Shown: in pieces, positions 8,331 through 17,961 of the stretch
Layout of the letters: the number at the start of each line of letters is the position of its first letter
Numbering within the stretch: position 1 is the stretch's first letter
Sequence record: MZ311864.1
DNA: 64,000 nucleotides
Source: Escherichia phage vB_EcoM_LNA4
Reading direction: 5' to 3' (one strand)
Made by a program: the position numbers and the translations under genes
The notes under the pieces: generated by a model
What the model saw: only the letters and a program-made list of their open reading frames with translations
Databases searched by the model: none
Told to the model about the DNA's origin: nothing

Positions 8331-8829
8331 CTATTAATACAATCACTTTTTCTTTGTTCGCTGCGGTATACTCTTCAACAAACATTCCTGACATGACCCT
8401 TTCAATGATCCTTCCTGGAGATCTTCCAAGCCCCTTCATCACTTCATCAAGTTCAGGACCTTTAGCCATCCTTAGCATTTCAATCTCTTCTTTGGTTGGG
8501 GAAGATGGGTCAATAAACATATCCCTATTGTATATCTCCTCTAAGGAACCTGACCCAATATATACCTTGTCCGGATATATCCAGATCACTTCACCGTTTA
8601 AGGTGTGGACTACGAATATCTCCTCATTACTCGCCACACTCTTTTGCACTATGAACCTGGAGAAACTGATCCCCGCTTTGTCAACATTGTGCCTACTCTT
8701 TAATACAAAGGCAATCTTCCACTCGACCCCTGCCTTCACTTTAGCAACAGCGCTGGAAATACCCGGTAGTTTGCTGATTGTCTCGTGGTTGGTGTCTTTC
8801 ACAAAGAGTTTAATCATCTCTTCTTGCAT
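8326..8829 (-). CDS. hypothetical protein
   Basis: 167-aa ORF. Confidence 0.45.
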   Translation of the reverse strand: MQEEMIKLFVKDTNHETISKLPGISSAVAKVKAGVEWKIAFVLKSRHNVDKAGISFSRFIVQKSVASNEEIFVVHTLNGEVIWIYPDKVYIGSGSLEEIYNRDMFIDPSSPTKEEIEMLRMAKGPELDEVMKGLGRSPGRIIERVMSGMFVEEYTAANKEKVIVLIA

Positions 8830-9215
8830 ACGGTCTCCATATCCTTAATCCATTGAAAGCGATCAGTGTAGATCATTTTGTTCTTCTTGCTGCGATTTAG
8901 TTTTGCAGGGATAACCTGGATATTATCACCACAGTTGAGGCCTGAGACAACCTTTGCACGGAGGGGCAGCATGTGGTCTGACTCCCAAGGGATGCCAGTT
9001 TCACGCATCCTCGCGTCACAAAGGTCAGTGGCCTCTTCTCGAACAAAATCATCCCACTCTCCAACAATAGTCGCTCGCTTCTCCGCTTCGATACGGGCAA
9101 GCCGGATCTGCAACTGACGTGCTTTACCCTCAGGGGTTGCACGGCGCTCACGGTCTATTTGCCGTCTACGTGCGGCATATTGTTTGTAGTAATCTCCTCT
9201 GTCCCTCATAGACAA
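8814..9215 (-). CDS. HNH-family nuclease
   Basis: C-terminal SDHMLPL...NCGDNIQVIPAKLNRSKKNK resembles HNH motif; basic N-terminus. Confidence 0.45.
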   Translation of the reverse strand: MSMRDRGDYYKQYAARRRQIDRERRATPEGKARQLQIRLARIEAEKRATIVGEWDDFVREEATDLCDARMRETGIPWESDHMLPLRAKVVSGLNCGDNIQVIPAKLNRSKKNKMIYTDRFQWIKDMETVCKKR

Positions 9216-9220
9216 TCTCC

Positions 9221-9739
9221 TCAGAATAGTGGATACAGATATATAATCATGCTAATTATTGCATAGATAACGAATACAGCAAAGAACACCTTGTTTGGTG
9301 GATTGCGGAACCAGTCTTTAATACGGTATCCCCATCCGAGAGACTTTTTGTACTCATTGATGATCTTGTCGATGGTGCGATAAAGATCACGAATGGCAGT
9401 CTCAAAGCCTTCGTATTCATCAAAGGCCTCTTCCATGTGTTCAGGATCAAGTTTACCCATATCACCAACACGGAAAGTGTAATGCGCTGGGTTTTGGGTA
9501 TCTACTCCGCGAGTTACTTCCAGTCGCCCTACACGAATGGTATAAAGGATGCTGTTCTTAGCATCCCTGATAATAAGCACTCTTTCATCAGCAGCGTACT
9601 TTCGTACAAGTGCGATGCAACCCTTGGAGTTCTCTATAAACCCCTTCTCCAGCAGAGTCTGCCAGTGTTCTTGTAGGGTAGGGTGTTCACGAACTAATTT
9701 CTGAAACATACTACCTCCTATCATATTATTAACCTCCAT
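9221..9739 (-). CDS. hypothetical protein with C-terminal membrane anchor
   Basis: 172 aa; terminal hydrophobic segment FFAVFVIYAIISMIIYLYPLF. Confidence 0.4.
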   Translation of the reverse strand: MEVNNMIGGSMFQKLVREHPTLQEHWQTLLEKGFIENSKGCIALVRKYAADERVLIIRDAKNSILYTIRVGRLEVTRGVDTQNPAHYTFRVGDMGKLDPEHMEEAFDEYEGFETAIRDLYRTIDKIINEYKKSLGWGYRIKDWFRNPPNKVFFAVFVIYAIISMIIYLYPLF

Positions 9740-9788
9740 TTTATCATGGTATGGTGGAATATTATATAGGAATGCGTATGAAACATCC

Positions 9789-10019
9789 TCAGCAGGTGAA
9801 ATTACATTTCGGGCAAGGACACGCGATCCCGTGGAAGCATAAGCCTAACCCGTCTTTTCGTACACCTGTTCCACCACAATTTGGACACTGGTCGTGAAGG
9901 CATTTGATAACACCAGCATCCCCAGGGGAAGGCCATACGACCTTCTTAATACCTTGTTGTTCGTAATAGCGATCTTGCAGGATTTGTGCCTGCTCCGCTG
10001 TTAATGTTCCAAAGCTCAT
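9789..10019 (-). CDS. zinc-finger protein
   Basis: 76 aa with CPNCGGTG...CPCPKC. Confidence 0.35.
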   Translation of the reverse strand: MSFGTLTAEQAQILQDRYYEQQGIKKVVWPSPGDAGVIKCLHDQCPNCGGTGVRKDGLGLCFHGIACPCPKCNFTC

Positions 10020-10174
10020 TCTTCATCCTCCTCATTCCAAAGGTCGAGAAGCATCTCTCGCTCTTGGTCATTTCTTGGTTGAACGCGTTTTGCCATATCA
10101 CGAAGGATTTTGAATTCTTCCCCTGACATGATAACTTTGTGCAGACCACTTTCTTTTTTACTGTACAGTATCAT
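10016..10174 (-). CDS. hypothetical protein (52 aa)
   Basis: Hand translation MILYSKKESGLHKV...; ATGA overlap downstream. Confidence 0.3.
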   Translation of the reverse strand: MILYSKKESGLHKVIMSGEEFKILRDMAKRVQPRNDQEREMLLDLWNEEDEE

Positions 10175-10347
10175 ACCGGATACCCCTTACACTGGAGCCA
10201 CACAAAGAAATCGCACATCCAATCTTCTTGAGTGCGCTCATAAGGCCAGTTCTCAGGCTCGTCGCTGAAGCTACGTTGGCGCTTATAGTCATCCATCCAC
10301 TCAGCCACAAGCTCAAGCATTTTTCCTGAAAATTCAAGCTGCCGCAT
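10171..10347 (-). CDS. hypothetical protein (58 aa)
   Basis: Hand translation MRQLEFSGKMLELVAEW...; GAGGAG RBS; replaces conflicting 84-aa ORF. Confidence 0.35.
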   Translation of the reverse strand: MRQLEFSGKMLELVAEWMDDYKRQRSFSDEPENWPYERTQEDWMCDFFVWLQCKGYPV

Positions 10348-10546
10348 TTCTTCTCCTCATCACATAGTGAAGCAAAGTTGCCAGCGGCCAGGCGAACCCG
10401 ACCGCGAAACAAATCTCGGACCAGTCATGATCCGACTTCGCCTTGTAAACCTGCTTAAGAACTTTATCGTTCTCCATCTTCACGGAGTATACCACAGCAA
10501 TAACAGCATATGCAACCCCAATTATGCCGATAGCTGCCTCAAGCAT
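10334..10546 (-). CDS. small membrane protein
   Basis: 70 aa, hydrophobic N-terminus. Confidence 0.35.
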   Translation of the reverse strand: MLEAAIGIIGVAYAVIAVVYSVKMENDKVLKQVYKAKSDHDWSEICFAVGFAWPLATLLHYVMRRRNAAA

Positions 10547-11612
10547 CCATACTCGCCCAGCAGATATCCTGCGCTGTCATCAGAACACGAGATGCTAACT
10601 CAAGGTCGGTATATTTCGGAAGATCAGTCTTTTTGTACAGGTCTTCGCGGATATATCGGTCCTTCTCGTCGGCCCATGCCAAGAGTTCGTCAAGAGTCCA
10701 CTTGCCAGCACGGATATCCAGCAGTTCCTGAGCGTCAGGGCGTTTCACCAGGACCTTGCCGTCAGTCAGGATCTCTTCAGCCATACGCATCAGACGCACA
10801 AGGTGCATAGCGTGTTTGGTGTCATAACCAAAATTCACCTCAAGCTGGTGACGCACTTCGTTACGGTTCTGTTTCCAAGTCCAGTAGTTGCGGTGCTTCT
10901 CTTTTGCCTGCTTGTGTTCCTCTGCCAAGTATTTCACAATGAACACAGGTTTACGGCGCTTATCCGTATCAGACAGTTGCTGGTAATCTACATGGCGAAT
11001 AGAACCATCTGCATTGAACATACCGGAACTGCTGAAGTTTTCCATAACACCATAGATGTCATTACCGTAAGGGACAAGGACACACATATCATTCAGATTG
11101 GTCATTGCCTCCATGAAACGTTCATGTTTTACAACACCTGCAAGGAAAGGGTGTTCGCTGTAGTTGTGTACCAACCGGAAGAATTCCTTTTGTGTTGGCT
11201 TGGCCTCCGGCTGAGGGTTGGTGATCCATTTATCATGACCACGGATACGCTTCAACTGAGCCATAGCGTAACCAGAAAAGCTAAATGCCACCTTACTTGA
11301 CATAAGCTCAGGGGCCATTGTTCGCAGGTACGCGTAAGCTTCTGAACTTGAGATCAGGTCTTTTTCATCAACGAACATCAATTCGATAATGTTTGGGTTC
11401 ATCTCTACAAACAACTTCATGAAGTTCGTCAGTTCATAGATCTTCCCGTCCTCCTCATCAACAAGCGTCTGCTCTTTGATATTGAAGAATGGGGTACGGA
11501 TGAACTTCTGCTCCGCACAGAAAAGACCACGGATATCCACATCCGATGTTGGGAGGTTTGTCCCGTATGCGAGGCTACCGGAGTAGCAGCGCATCATATC
11601 AAAAGTTTTCAT
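10539..11612 (-). CDS. Pol-beta-superfamily nucleotidyltransferase
   Basis: Motif GSLAYGTNLPTSDVDI (GS...SDxD) near N-terminus; start set at MKTFDMM with AAGGAG RBS. Confidence 0.55.
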   Translation of the reverse strand: MKTFDMMRCYSGSLAYGTNLPTSDVDIRGLFCAEQKFIRTPFFNIKEQTLVDEEDGKIYELTNFMKLFVEMNPNIIELMFVDEKDLISSSEAYAYLRTMAPELMSSKVAFSFSGYAMAQLKRIRGHDKWITNPQPEAKPTQKEFFRLVHNYSEHPFLAGVVKHERFMEAMTNLNDMCVLVPYGNDIYGVMENFSSSGMFNADGSIRHVDYQQLSDTDKRRKPVFIVKYLAEEHKQAKEKHRNYWTWKQNRNEVRHQLEVNFGYDTKHAMHLVRLMRMAEEILTDGKVLVKRPDAQELLDIRAGKWTLDELLAWADEKDRYIREDLYKKTDLPKYTDLELASRVLMTAQDICWASMDA

Positions 11613-11620
11613 ATATCTCC

Positions 11621-12004
11621 TTAAGAGGTGACAAGTTTCATTGGGCGCTTCATATCCCAGAAGTTGAGAAGTCCCTGACACAGTTGTTTTGTCGGCAGGC
11701 CTTCTTTGTTCATTGGGGCCTCATCACGAAGCCGACGAATCTCTTCCAGAAGAAGAATCACTTCGTCAGGATAATAACCCGTAGGCTCTTCGGCCTTGAT
11801 GATACACTCACCGGACTTCCATTTAGACATCGAGTAGCGATGTTCCGGATCTGGGTGGTTAGGCCACGAATCAACCAAGATTTTTGCCTTATTTCCCCTT
11901 ATCTCCTTCACTACTCCGGGGCGTAATTGGTTGTATCCCCAGTAGAGATACACCTCGTCGCCCAGCTTAAGTCTTTCACCACGAACATCGTTCATATTAA
12001 CCAC
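11621..12004 (-). CDS. hypothetical protein
   Basis: 127-aa ORF. Confidence 0.4.
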   Translation of the reverse strand: MVNMNDVRGERLKLGDEVYLYWGYNQLRPGVVKEIRGNKAKILVDSWPNHPDPEHRYSMSKWKSGECIIKAEEPTGYYPDEVILLLEEIRRLRDEAPMNKEGLPTKQLCQGLLNFWDMKRPMKLVTS

Positions 12005-12332
12005 CGAAGTAAGAGATGGTGACCAGACCTACAAAAATAGCATTGATCAGGATGCCGTACCCAAGACTCTTGTTTTTGCAAACCTTGCCGTTAATAATAG
12101 CTTTCGCAGCCAGAAGATGACGGAACAGCCAGAAACCGAACAGGCATCCTGCAAACAGACCTGCACTTGGCGGGATCAGCGTTGTCACCAACATCATCCC
12201 CTCAATCATTGCAAGAACCAAGAAAACACCAAATGATTTCGGGTCGGCAACGGTGTCTTCGCCCTTCAGCCAAGAATACGTGCAAATGGAAAGCCCGAAC
12301 AGGGACCACAGCAAAAAGATAGTAAAAATCAT
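11997..12332 (-). CDS. membrane protein
   Basis: 111 aa, at least three hydrophobic helices. Confidence 0.4.
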   Translation of the reverse strand: MIFTIFLLWSLFGLSICTYSWLKGEDTVADPKSFGVFLVLAMIEGMMLVTTLIPPSAGLFAGCLFGFWLFRHLLAAKAIINGKVCKNKSLGYGILINAIFVGLVTISYFGG

Positions 12333-12514
12333 TGTGCTTTCTCCTTCAACAGACGTTTTTCAACACCAGCCACGATATCAGCCAATGCAAGATCAAAGAA
12401 ATTTGCATTCCGATTATAGCTGGAACCCAAAGTCTCAATCTCGGTGCAGGCGATCTGTGCAGCGGCACGAACCATCTCTATCATCACATCACGATGCAAT
12501 TCTTGAATCTTCAT
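12329..12514 (-). CDS. hypothetical protein
   Basis: 61-aa ORF. Confidence 0.3.
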   Translation of the reverse strand: MKIQELHRDVMIEMVRAAAQIACTEIETLGSSYNRNANFFDLALADIVAGVEKRLLKEKAQ

Positions 12515-12515
12515 A

Positions 12516-13004
12516 CTATTCTCCTTTTAGCCGGAATGATTTGATCATTGTGATCAGGTCTTTTTCAGGTTGCGTATAGTTGTGGATGGTGTTACCCATC
12601 TCGTCACGATACTGATTAGCAATCTGAGGAGGAGTATAACCCGGCAGTTTTACCAAGTCAACAACTTCTGCGTATTGTGGTGCATACATATACTCCGGGA
12701 GCACAACAGCAACTGCTGTCATCGCTCCATTCAGGGCTTCCTGTTCTTCACAGAACGAGGCCCAAGGGTATGTTGCGCTCAGAGGCTTCAGTTTCTCACA
12801 CAGTTCCTGCAATGAGGACTGATAGCCACCGTTGAGGACGATTACAGTCTTGTCACGATCAGCCCAGTCCCACAACAGGTTTCCGGCATTGTTGCGGCGC
12901 TGGGAATAATCAAGGAACATCTCAGACATCGCGTGTGCTGACTGAATCCCGGCATGAATGCCAGCAATATATTGGTTTACTACGCAGTACATGCGTGTCT
13001 TCAT
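12516..13004 (-). CDS. hypothetical protein, possible PTH2-like fold
   Basis: N-terminal VVNQYIAGIHAGIQSAHA loosely resembles the GKxAAQCxHA signature of peptidyl-tRNA hydrolase 2; weak. Confidence 0.3.
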   Translation of the reverse strand: MKTRMYCVVNQYIAGIHAGIQSAHAMSEMFLDYSQRRNNAGNLLWDWADRDKTVIVLNGGYQSSLQELCEKLKPLSATYPWASFCEEQEALNGAMTAVAVVLPEYMYAPQYAEVVDLVKLPGYTPPQIANQYRDEMGNTIHNYTQPEKDLITMIKSFRLKGE

Positions 13005-13222
13005 TTCTTTCTCCTTACAATTACAAAGTCTTCATCGCAGAGTGCAGCTATGCCGCCACCAACAAAGCAAACCACACCCAGAGGCCAGAACAGGATCATC
13101 ATCAACCCTATTCCCACGGAAGACCCCGTAATCTTATCGCAACAAAACCACTCAAGTGCCAGTACAACTACCATAGCCAGTATACCAATGCACAAATAAA
13201 TTACCATCTCGATAGGCATCAT
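13001..13222 (-). CDS. small membrane protein
   Basis: 73 aa, two helices. Confidence 0.35.
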   Translation of the reverse strand: MMPIEMVIYLCIGILAMVVVLALEWFCCDKITGSSVGIGLMMILFWPLGVVCFVGGGIAALCDEDFVIVRRKK

Positions 13223-13536
13223 CTCTCCTTTTTAATCCAAAAATTGTTTTGTACCGCCCAGAAAATCGCACCACCTATCCCGGCTACAGCCAGAATGAAT
13301 GTTACAACGGGCGCAGCCACTAAAATCAAAACCGAGCTTATTGGAAAAAGCAACGTCATTAAGGTTATAGCCAGGACGGGCCAGAAATAATCCTCCCAAC
13401 TATCGAAACTCTTCGGGTGGAAGAATTTACCTATCAATCCAGAAGAAACCAGCAACACACCAAGAGTTATCCACCAGAACCACTCATCCAGGAAAAAAAT
13501 GTAGGGTCTGACTATCTCATTCATCCACCAAATCAT
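13219..13536 (-). CDS. membrane protein
   Basis: 105 aa, multiple hydrophobic helices. Confidence 0.35.
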   Translation of the reverse strand: MIWWMNEIVRPYIFFLDEWFWWITLGVLLVSSGLIGKFFHPKSFDSWEDYFWPVLAITLMTLLFPISSVLILVAAPVVTFILAVAGIGGAIFWAVQNNFWIKKER

Positions 13537-13738
13537 AATTTCTCCTTATTTAAAGAATTGTGTGAACTTGTACATCGCGCTGCGATAAGATGGGTGCAGT
13601 TTGTAGTTGCACCCTTTGTCAACGCACCAGTCGCTTGCTTTGTTTCTCAAGGCGACGAGACCGCACCATGCACAGACTTGCTTCCCTGCGTGTTTGTCTG
13701 CGTAAAAGTGGTGTTTCTCGTATGTGTACTCTTCTTTG

Positions 13739-14198
13739 TCAGCTTTCTTCATGATCTTCCAACCAGAATTTGATACTGTTTCTCTCGATCTCGTTTTTCT
13801 CCCTTTCTTTTGCTTCGGCAAGAAGTCGTGAACGATCTCTAGACTTAGCAACCAGCTTATCCACAGCAGCATATAGGAATTGCTTTTCGTAATGGGTGGC
13901 CCAGTCGAACCCTGTACAGGTGATTTCAAAATCCTCGCCTGAAGTTAAACGCATCAAGCTGAGGTCAGTCTTTGAGAGGATTATCTTCTTGAAAAGATCT
14001 CCCTTACTCCAAATTAACTCGTAGGTGTTGGTGTATAACCTAGAGCCAAACTCAAAAGTGAAGTTTTCCTGCTCCCTCTCAAAGAACTTAATAAGCTCCA
14101 GCGTCGGAGCTTTGCATAGCATTAGGAACTTAGCATATTCATACTTCTCCTGCACCGTCCTGCCATTCGGTTTTGGAAAATCAACCAGGGTCATAGTA
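13739..14198 (-). CDS. hypothetical protein
   Basis: Start set at MTLVDF with AGGAGA RBS; precedes CCA enzyme gene without overlap. Confidence 0.45.
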
Positions 14199-14202
14199 TC
14201 TC

Positions 14203-15456
14203 CTACCACTTAATTTCACGCCGGGTGATGCTACGGATAGCGTCAATACGAGCTACACGAATCGCCTCACCAATCTCGATACCGCTCTTATCCTTTGCAA
14301 GACACTCAGCAGAGATCACCTTTGTATCAACGGCTTTCATGCAACGGAAAGCATCCATCAGCACGTAACCCTGTGGGTATGGCTCTGCCATTTTGGTTGG
14401 GCCACGACCCTTCGCATCACAGAAACAAGCATCAGCCAGAGCAGAGACCTTCATAGCGGTTTTCGCGCTTGCCACGTTGCCAGCGGCTTCAAACAGCTTC
14501 ATCAGTGAGCGGGGTTTTGCACCTTTGTTGCCTCCACGAGGAGCAATGCAGTGTACACGCGTGTGGTGCTCAGTCACATACAGAGCTACATCACGGAAGT
14601 CGTTAGGAACACGGATACGCTCGCACAACTCACGCACTGGTTCAAGACCCTCTTCTTCGTGACCGATCAGATTACCATACTTACGGAAAGTGAGCGCTTT
14701 ACCGAAGTCGTGGCACAGAACAGCGAACTTGGTGTATGGGTTTGCCTCATAGATGTCTGCCACATCAAGACACAGCAGCGTATGAATGAAAGCATCCCCT
14801 TCCGGGTGGTGTTCCGGTGGTTGTGCTACACCACGGAGGGCATCAAGCTCAGGCAATTCACCAAGCTCTGCCATTGCCTCCGCGTAGGCCCGGAAGTTAT
14901 CAGAGGCCAGAGCCTTCTCCATTTCTTTCCACTTGCGCTCACCGCTGATGTGTGACAGACCATAACGGTTATTGAAGCACAGGGCTTTAGTATCTGCATG
15001 GATTTCCCACTCTTTACCCAACTGGGCTTTAAAGCGGTAGACACGTAGGATACGCAGCGGATCGTCAAGGAATGCCAGCGTTGTATGACGCAGGATTTTC
15101 TTTTCGATATCATACTGACCACCAAACGGGTCAATGATCTCACCTGTCTCAAGGTCTTGAGCCATAGCGTTGATCGTCAGGTCACGACGAGACAGATCCT
15201 CCACCAATGTCACATCGGGGCTGAAGAATGTCTCGAAGTCGGTATGACCGTTACCAGTCTTACGCTCAGTACGGGCCAGGGCATACTCTTCGTTGGTTTC
15301 AGGATGCAGGTATACTGGAAAAGCAGCGCCAACCTGGGTGAAACCTTTATTGATCATTTCTTCGTGCGTTGCACCCACAACCACGTAGTCACGGTCATGA
15401 ACTTCACGACCAAGCAAACCATCACGCACAGCGCCGCCTACCAAATATACCTTCAT
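14203..15456 (-). CDS. cca: tRNA nucleotidyltransferase (CCA-adding enzyme) with HD domain
   Basis: N-terminal MKVYLVGGAVRDGLLGREVHDRDYVV head motif and HD-domain histidines (HHPEGD); 417 aa. Confidence 0.8.
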   Translation of the reverse strand: MKVYLVGGAVRDGLLGREVHDRDYVVVGATHEEMINKGFTQVGAAFPVYLHPETNEEYALARTERKTGNGHTDFETFFSPDVTLVEDLSRRDLTINAMAQDLETGEIIDPFGGQYDIEKKILRHTTLAFLDDPLRILRVYRFKAQLGKEWEIHADTKALCFNNRYGLSHISGERKWKEMEKALASDNFRAYAEAMAELGELPELDALRGVAQPPEHHPEGDAFIHTLLCLDVADIYEANPYTKFAVLCHDFGKALTFRKYGNLIGHEEEGLEPVRELCERIRVPNDFRDVALYVTEHHTRVHCIAPRGGNKGAKPRSLMKLFEAAGNVASAKTAMKVSALADACFCDAKGRGPTKMAEPYPQGYVLMDAFRCMKAVDTKVISAECLAKDKSGIEIGEAIRVARIDAIRSITRREIKW

Positions 15457-15465
15457 TCCTTTCTC

Positions 15466-15732
15466 CTATACGTTGTTTGTGTTGATGAAGTTTATACCGT
15501 TCTTCTTCAACAAGTCAACCCTTAATTCAGATTCAAGTCGTTTATATTCACGACAGATCTTTTTATGGTTGTCTTCGTGCTCTTTTAGTTCTGAAAATGG
15601 CTTCACGCAAAGCACATTGCGGTGGTGATAAGCACCACATGCCGTTTTGACATCAAAGTTCTCCTGAAGATCCCCCTCAAGAACGATGTAGTACGGATAC
15701 ATGTCGTAACGGATGAAAGCGGTCACTTTCAT
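15466..15732 (-). CDS. hypothetical protein
   Basis: 88-aa ORF. Confidence 0.35.
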   Translation of the reverse strand: MKVTAFIRYDMYPYYIVLEGDLQENFDVKTACGAYHHRNVLCVKPFSELKEHEDNHKKICREYKRLESELRVDLLKKNGINFINTNNV

Positions 15733-16040
15733 TCTGTGATCCCCAGTTCTTCTGCGGTGTACACATCGTTACCTTCGTACAAGGTTCCGTCAATACGCAC
15801 AACGAATGTACGATCCACGACCTCACCGAAGTTGTTGGCAATACGTGATGTTCCACCAAAGGTCAAGAAAACATCCCGACGAACGTGAGATGTGCCGCAG
15901 AGCTTATCATAGTCGTAGACACCAACAGGTGTACCCGCCGGAACTGCTACGATTGTGGTTACTGTCTGACCCACGGTGGATGGTGTACCCATATTTTCAT
16001 GGCACTGGTCTTTTACAACGGTATAGGCTTTATTGGTCAT
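15729..16040 (-). CDS. hypothetical protein
   Basis: 103-aa ORF. Confidence 0.35.
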   Translation of the reverse strand: MTNKAYTVVKDQCHENMGTPSTVGQTVTTIVAVPAGTPVGVYDYDKLCGTSHVRRDVFLTFGGTSRIANNFGEVVDRTFVVRIDGTLYEGNDVYTAEELGITE

Positions 16041-16281
16041 TGTATTTCTCCTGTTTAGGTTCTGTTAGTACGAATTCGCCACAACAGCCACATTCGTATT
16101 CATTCATTCTACGACCGTTATCGGTCAAGTCATTTGCCCCACATGTACAGAGAACAATCAAGGGCTTTTCGTAATCATCACGAACAGTTACCCAAGGTTT
16201 GTTGCCTACAGAGAACCCTGCGAGCGGTTGTTTGCAGGTCCCTCCCCAGTATGCTCGATACTTGATGGAGACCCCGCTCAT
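16030..16281 (-). CDS. cysteine-rich hypothetical protein
   Basis: 83 aa with CTCG...CGCCG. Confidence 0.35.
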   Translation of the reverse strand: MSGVSIKYRAYWGGTCKQPLAGFSVGNKPWVTVRDDYEKPLIVLCTCGANDLTDNGRRMNEYECGCCGEFVLTEPKQEKYNDQ

Positions 16282-16419
16282 TTTCTTTTCTCCCCGTGTA
16301 CTTCACGGAACTCTTCAATAAGAAGCTCCCAACGGGCATCCCACGCACAGTGGGCAATTGCACGGGTGATTGGGTCGGTCACATGCGGGTAGTTCTCATT
16401 GAACCACGCTTCAAATTTT

Positions 16420-16809
16420 TCATCGAACAAGACCATACTCCTTTTGCAGTTTCCACTCGGCATCGTTCATGTACATTGTACGAACGTGTTTACGGAGACC
16501 ATCGAAATCAACGCAAGGAGTTTCGTTGTTCTCTTCGTACTTATCCCGTGCAAGGCTTGCAAGGATCTCAACATCCTGTCCAAGCGGGTCATAGCCCAAG
16601 GCATGTTTACGGAACATGAACACATAACGACCTTCGTCGTCCTCTACCTCGTCTGCCATTTCAGGCAGGGTGTCAGCACGTTCTTGCCAATAGTTGTACA
16701 GCTTCACCGCATCTTCTGGAGACTTCAATCCGAAAGACAGATCTTCATTCTGCCAGCCCAGCCAATCGGCAATGGCTAACAGCTTTTCACGGGCATTGAG
16801 TTCACTCAT
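16420..16809 (-). CDS. hypothetical protein
   Basis: Acidic ORF, start at MSELNAREK. Confidence 0.4.
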   Translation of the reverse strand: MSELNAREKLLAIADWLGWQNEDLSFGLKSPEDAVKLYNYWQERADTLPEMADEVEDDEGRYVFMFRKHALGYDPLGQDVEILASLARDKYEENNETPCVDFDGLRKHVRTMYMNDAEWKLQKEYGLVR

Positions 16810-17081
16810 TATTTGTTCTCCCATTTATTCATGTAGTTAACAAGGTCTTTTACTGACCGTTTGCCGTCAAGAGGGTAAACCATATCACTCTCCATCCCAC
16901 CGTGTGTCAGCATCTTTACTAAACGAGTATACACATGCTCATGACGATTGCAACGTCTAATTTTCCATTCCTTTCCATCGGGGGAATATTCTTTCTCTTC
17001 GGTGGAGATATGGATCAAGTCGCCCATGTACTCTTTGAAGCGAATGCTCTCCAGTGGTCGATAGTATATGAAAAATTTCAT
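16809..17081 (-). CDS. hypothetical protein
   Basis: Start at MKFFIYYRP with AAGGAGA RBS. Confidence 0.4.
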   Translation of the reverse strand: MKFFIYYRPLESIRFKEYMGDLIHISTEEKEYSPDGKEWKIRRCNRHEHVYTRLVKMLTHGGMESDMVYPLDGKRSVKDLVNYMNKWENK

Positions 17082-17142
17082 GTGTTCTCCTTTGTTGAAC
17101 AGAGAATAATGTCTCACCACACAGATGTCAAGCACAAAAACG

Positions 17143-17166
17143 AAAAAACCCGCCGAAGCGGGTTAA
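17143..17166 (-). terminator. rho-independent terminator
   Basis: ACCCGC-CGAA-GCGGGT hairpin followed by T6 on minus strand. Confidence 0.55.
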
Positions 17167-17168
17167 TT

Positions 17169-17447
17169 TTACCAGGTAACGAAAAAGTTTATTGAAGTGC
17201 CTTGCACTGTCGGTTGGTAGCTGATGATGTCAACTGTGAAACCTCCATTACGAAGATCCCCAACAATATGAGGCAGATAATCACTCATCTCCACCGGGAA
17301 GTCCATTGAGAGTCCCATCCCGAACATCCCCTTCCTTGCACACTGAGCTATCCCGCTCACTATCTGGTCGAAGATGTCTTTCATTTCTGGCGGCGTTTGC
17401 TTTTCTGCGTTGTTTGCGATCTCTCGCATCTTGTTTGCGACACTCAT
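17169..17447 (-). CDS. hypothetical protein
   Basis: Start at MSVANKMRE with GGAGGGA RBS; overlaps 3' extension of methyltransferase ORF. Confidence 0.35.
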   Translation of the reverse strand: MSVANKMREIANNAEKQTPPEMKDIFDQIVSGIAQCARKGMFGMGLSMDFPVEMSDYLPHIVGDLRNGGFTVDIISYQPTVQGTSINFFVTW

Positions 17448-17961
17448 CGCTCTGTCCCTCCAGGAAGTAAAATGGTTCCAGATTAAGTCTGTTCTTCTTG
17501 TCCCAGACAAAATAGGCATAGCCTGAACCGTCTGTCTTGCCGTCATCTGTGAATGATGGTCTTTGAGATAAGACCATCAGACTGGTTGGCTTATTGCTCT
17601 GCCACCATTCGTTTCTTGTCTGACTTTCCAAGAAACCAAGACGAAGTAACATGATCACAACATCGGCATCTTCAAGAGCCTTGGCAACAAATGCCTGAGC
17701 TAAAGAATATGGTGGATTTGTGATGATACAGTCAACATGGTTGTACTCGGTATTCAGATAATCCACACCATGACGAATTTCACCCCAAGCAGAACCAATC
17801 GGCATATGGTTGTAGAATCTACCAGACGCTCTACAAGGCTCTAAGTATTTCCAGTGTGGGTTGATAGGGATAACATCCAAAAGGGCCGTCACAGCCCATT
17901 CTGGTGTCTCATATACGTCATAATCCCTACGTTCTCCCTTCTTCTTCAAAGGCGCAGACAT
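17281..17961 (-). CDS. DNA N6-adenine methyltransferase (Dam-like); 3' end uncertain
   Basis: Catalytic motif DCIITNPPYS; C-terminal 50-60 residues look like out-of-frame translation of the next gene. Confidence 0.6.
   Translation of the reverse strand: MSAPLKKKGERRDYDVYETPEWAVTALLDVIPINPHWKYLEPCRASGRFYNHMPIGSAWGEIRHGVDYLNTEYNHVDCIITNPPYSLAQAFVAKALEDADVVIMLLRLGFLESQTRNEWWQSNKPTSLMVLSQRPSFTDDGKTDGSGYAYFVWDKKNRLNLEPFYFLEGQSDECRKQDARDRKQRRKANAARNERHLRPDSERDSSVCKEGDVRDGTLNGLPGGDE

Noticed and set aside
10158-10412. 84-aa minus-strand ORF
   Set aside because: Frame conflicts with two better-supported small genes (10016-10174 and 10171-10347) that have RBS and ATGA coupling.
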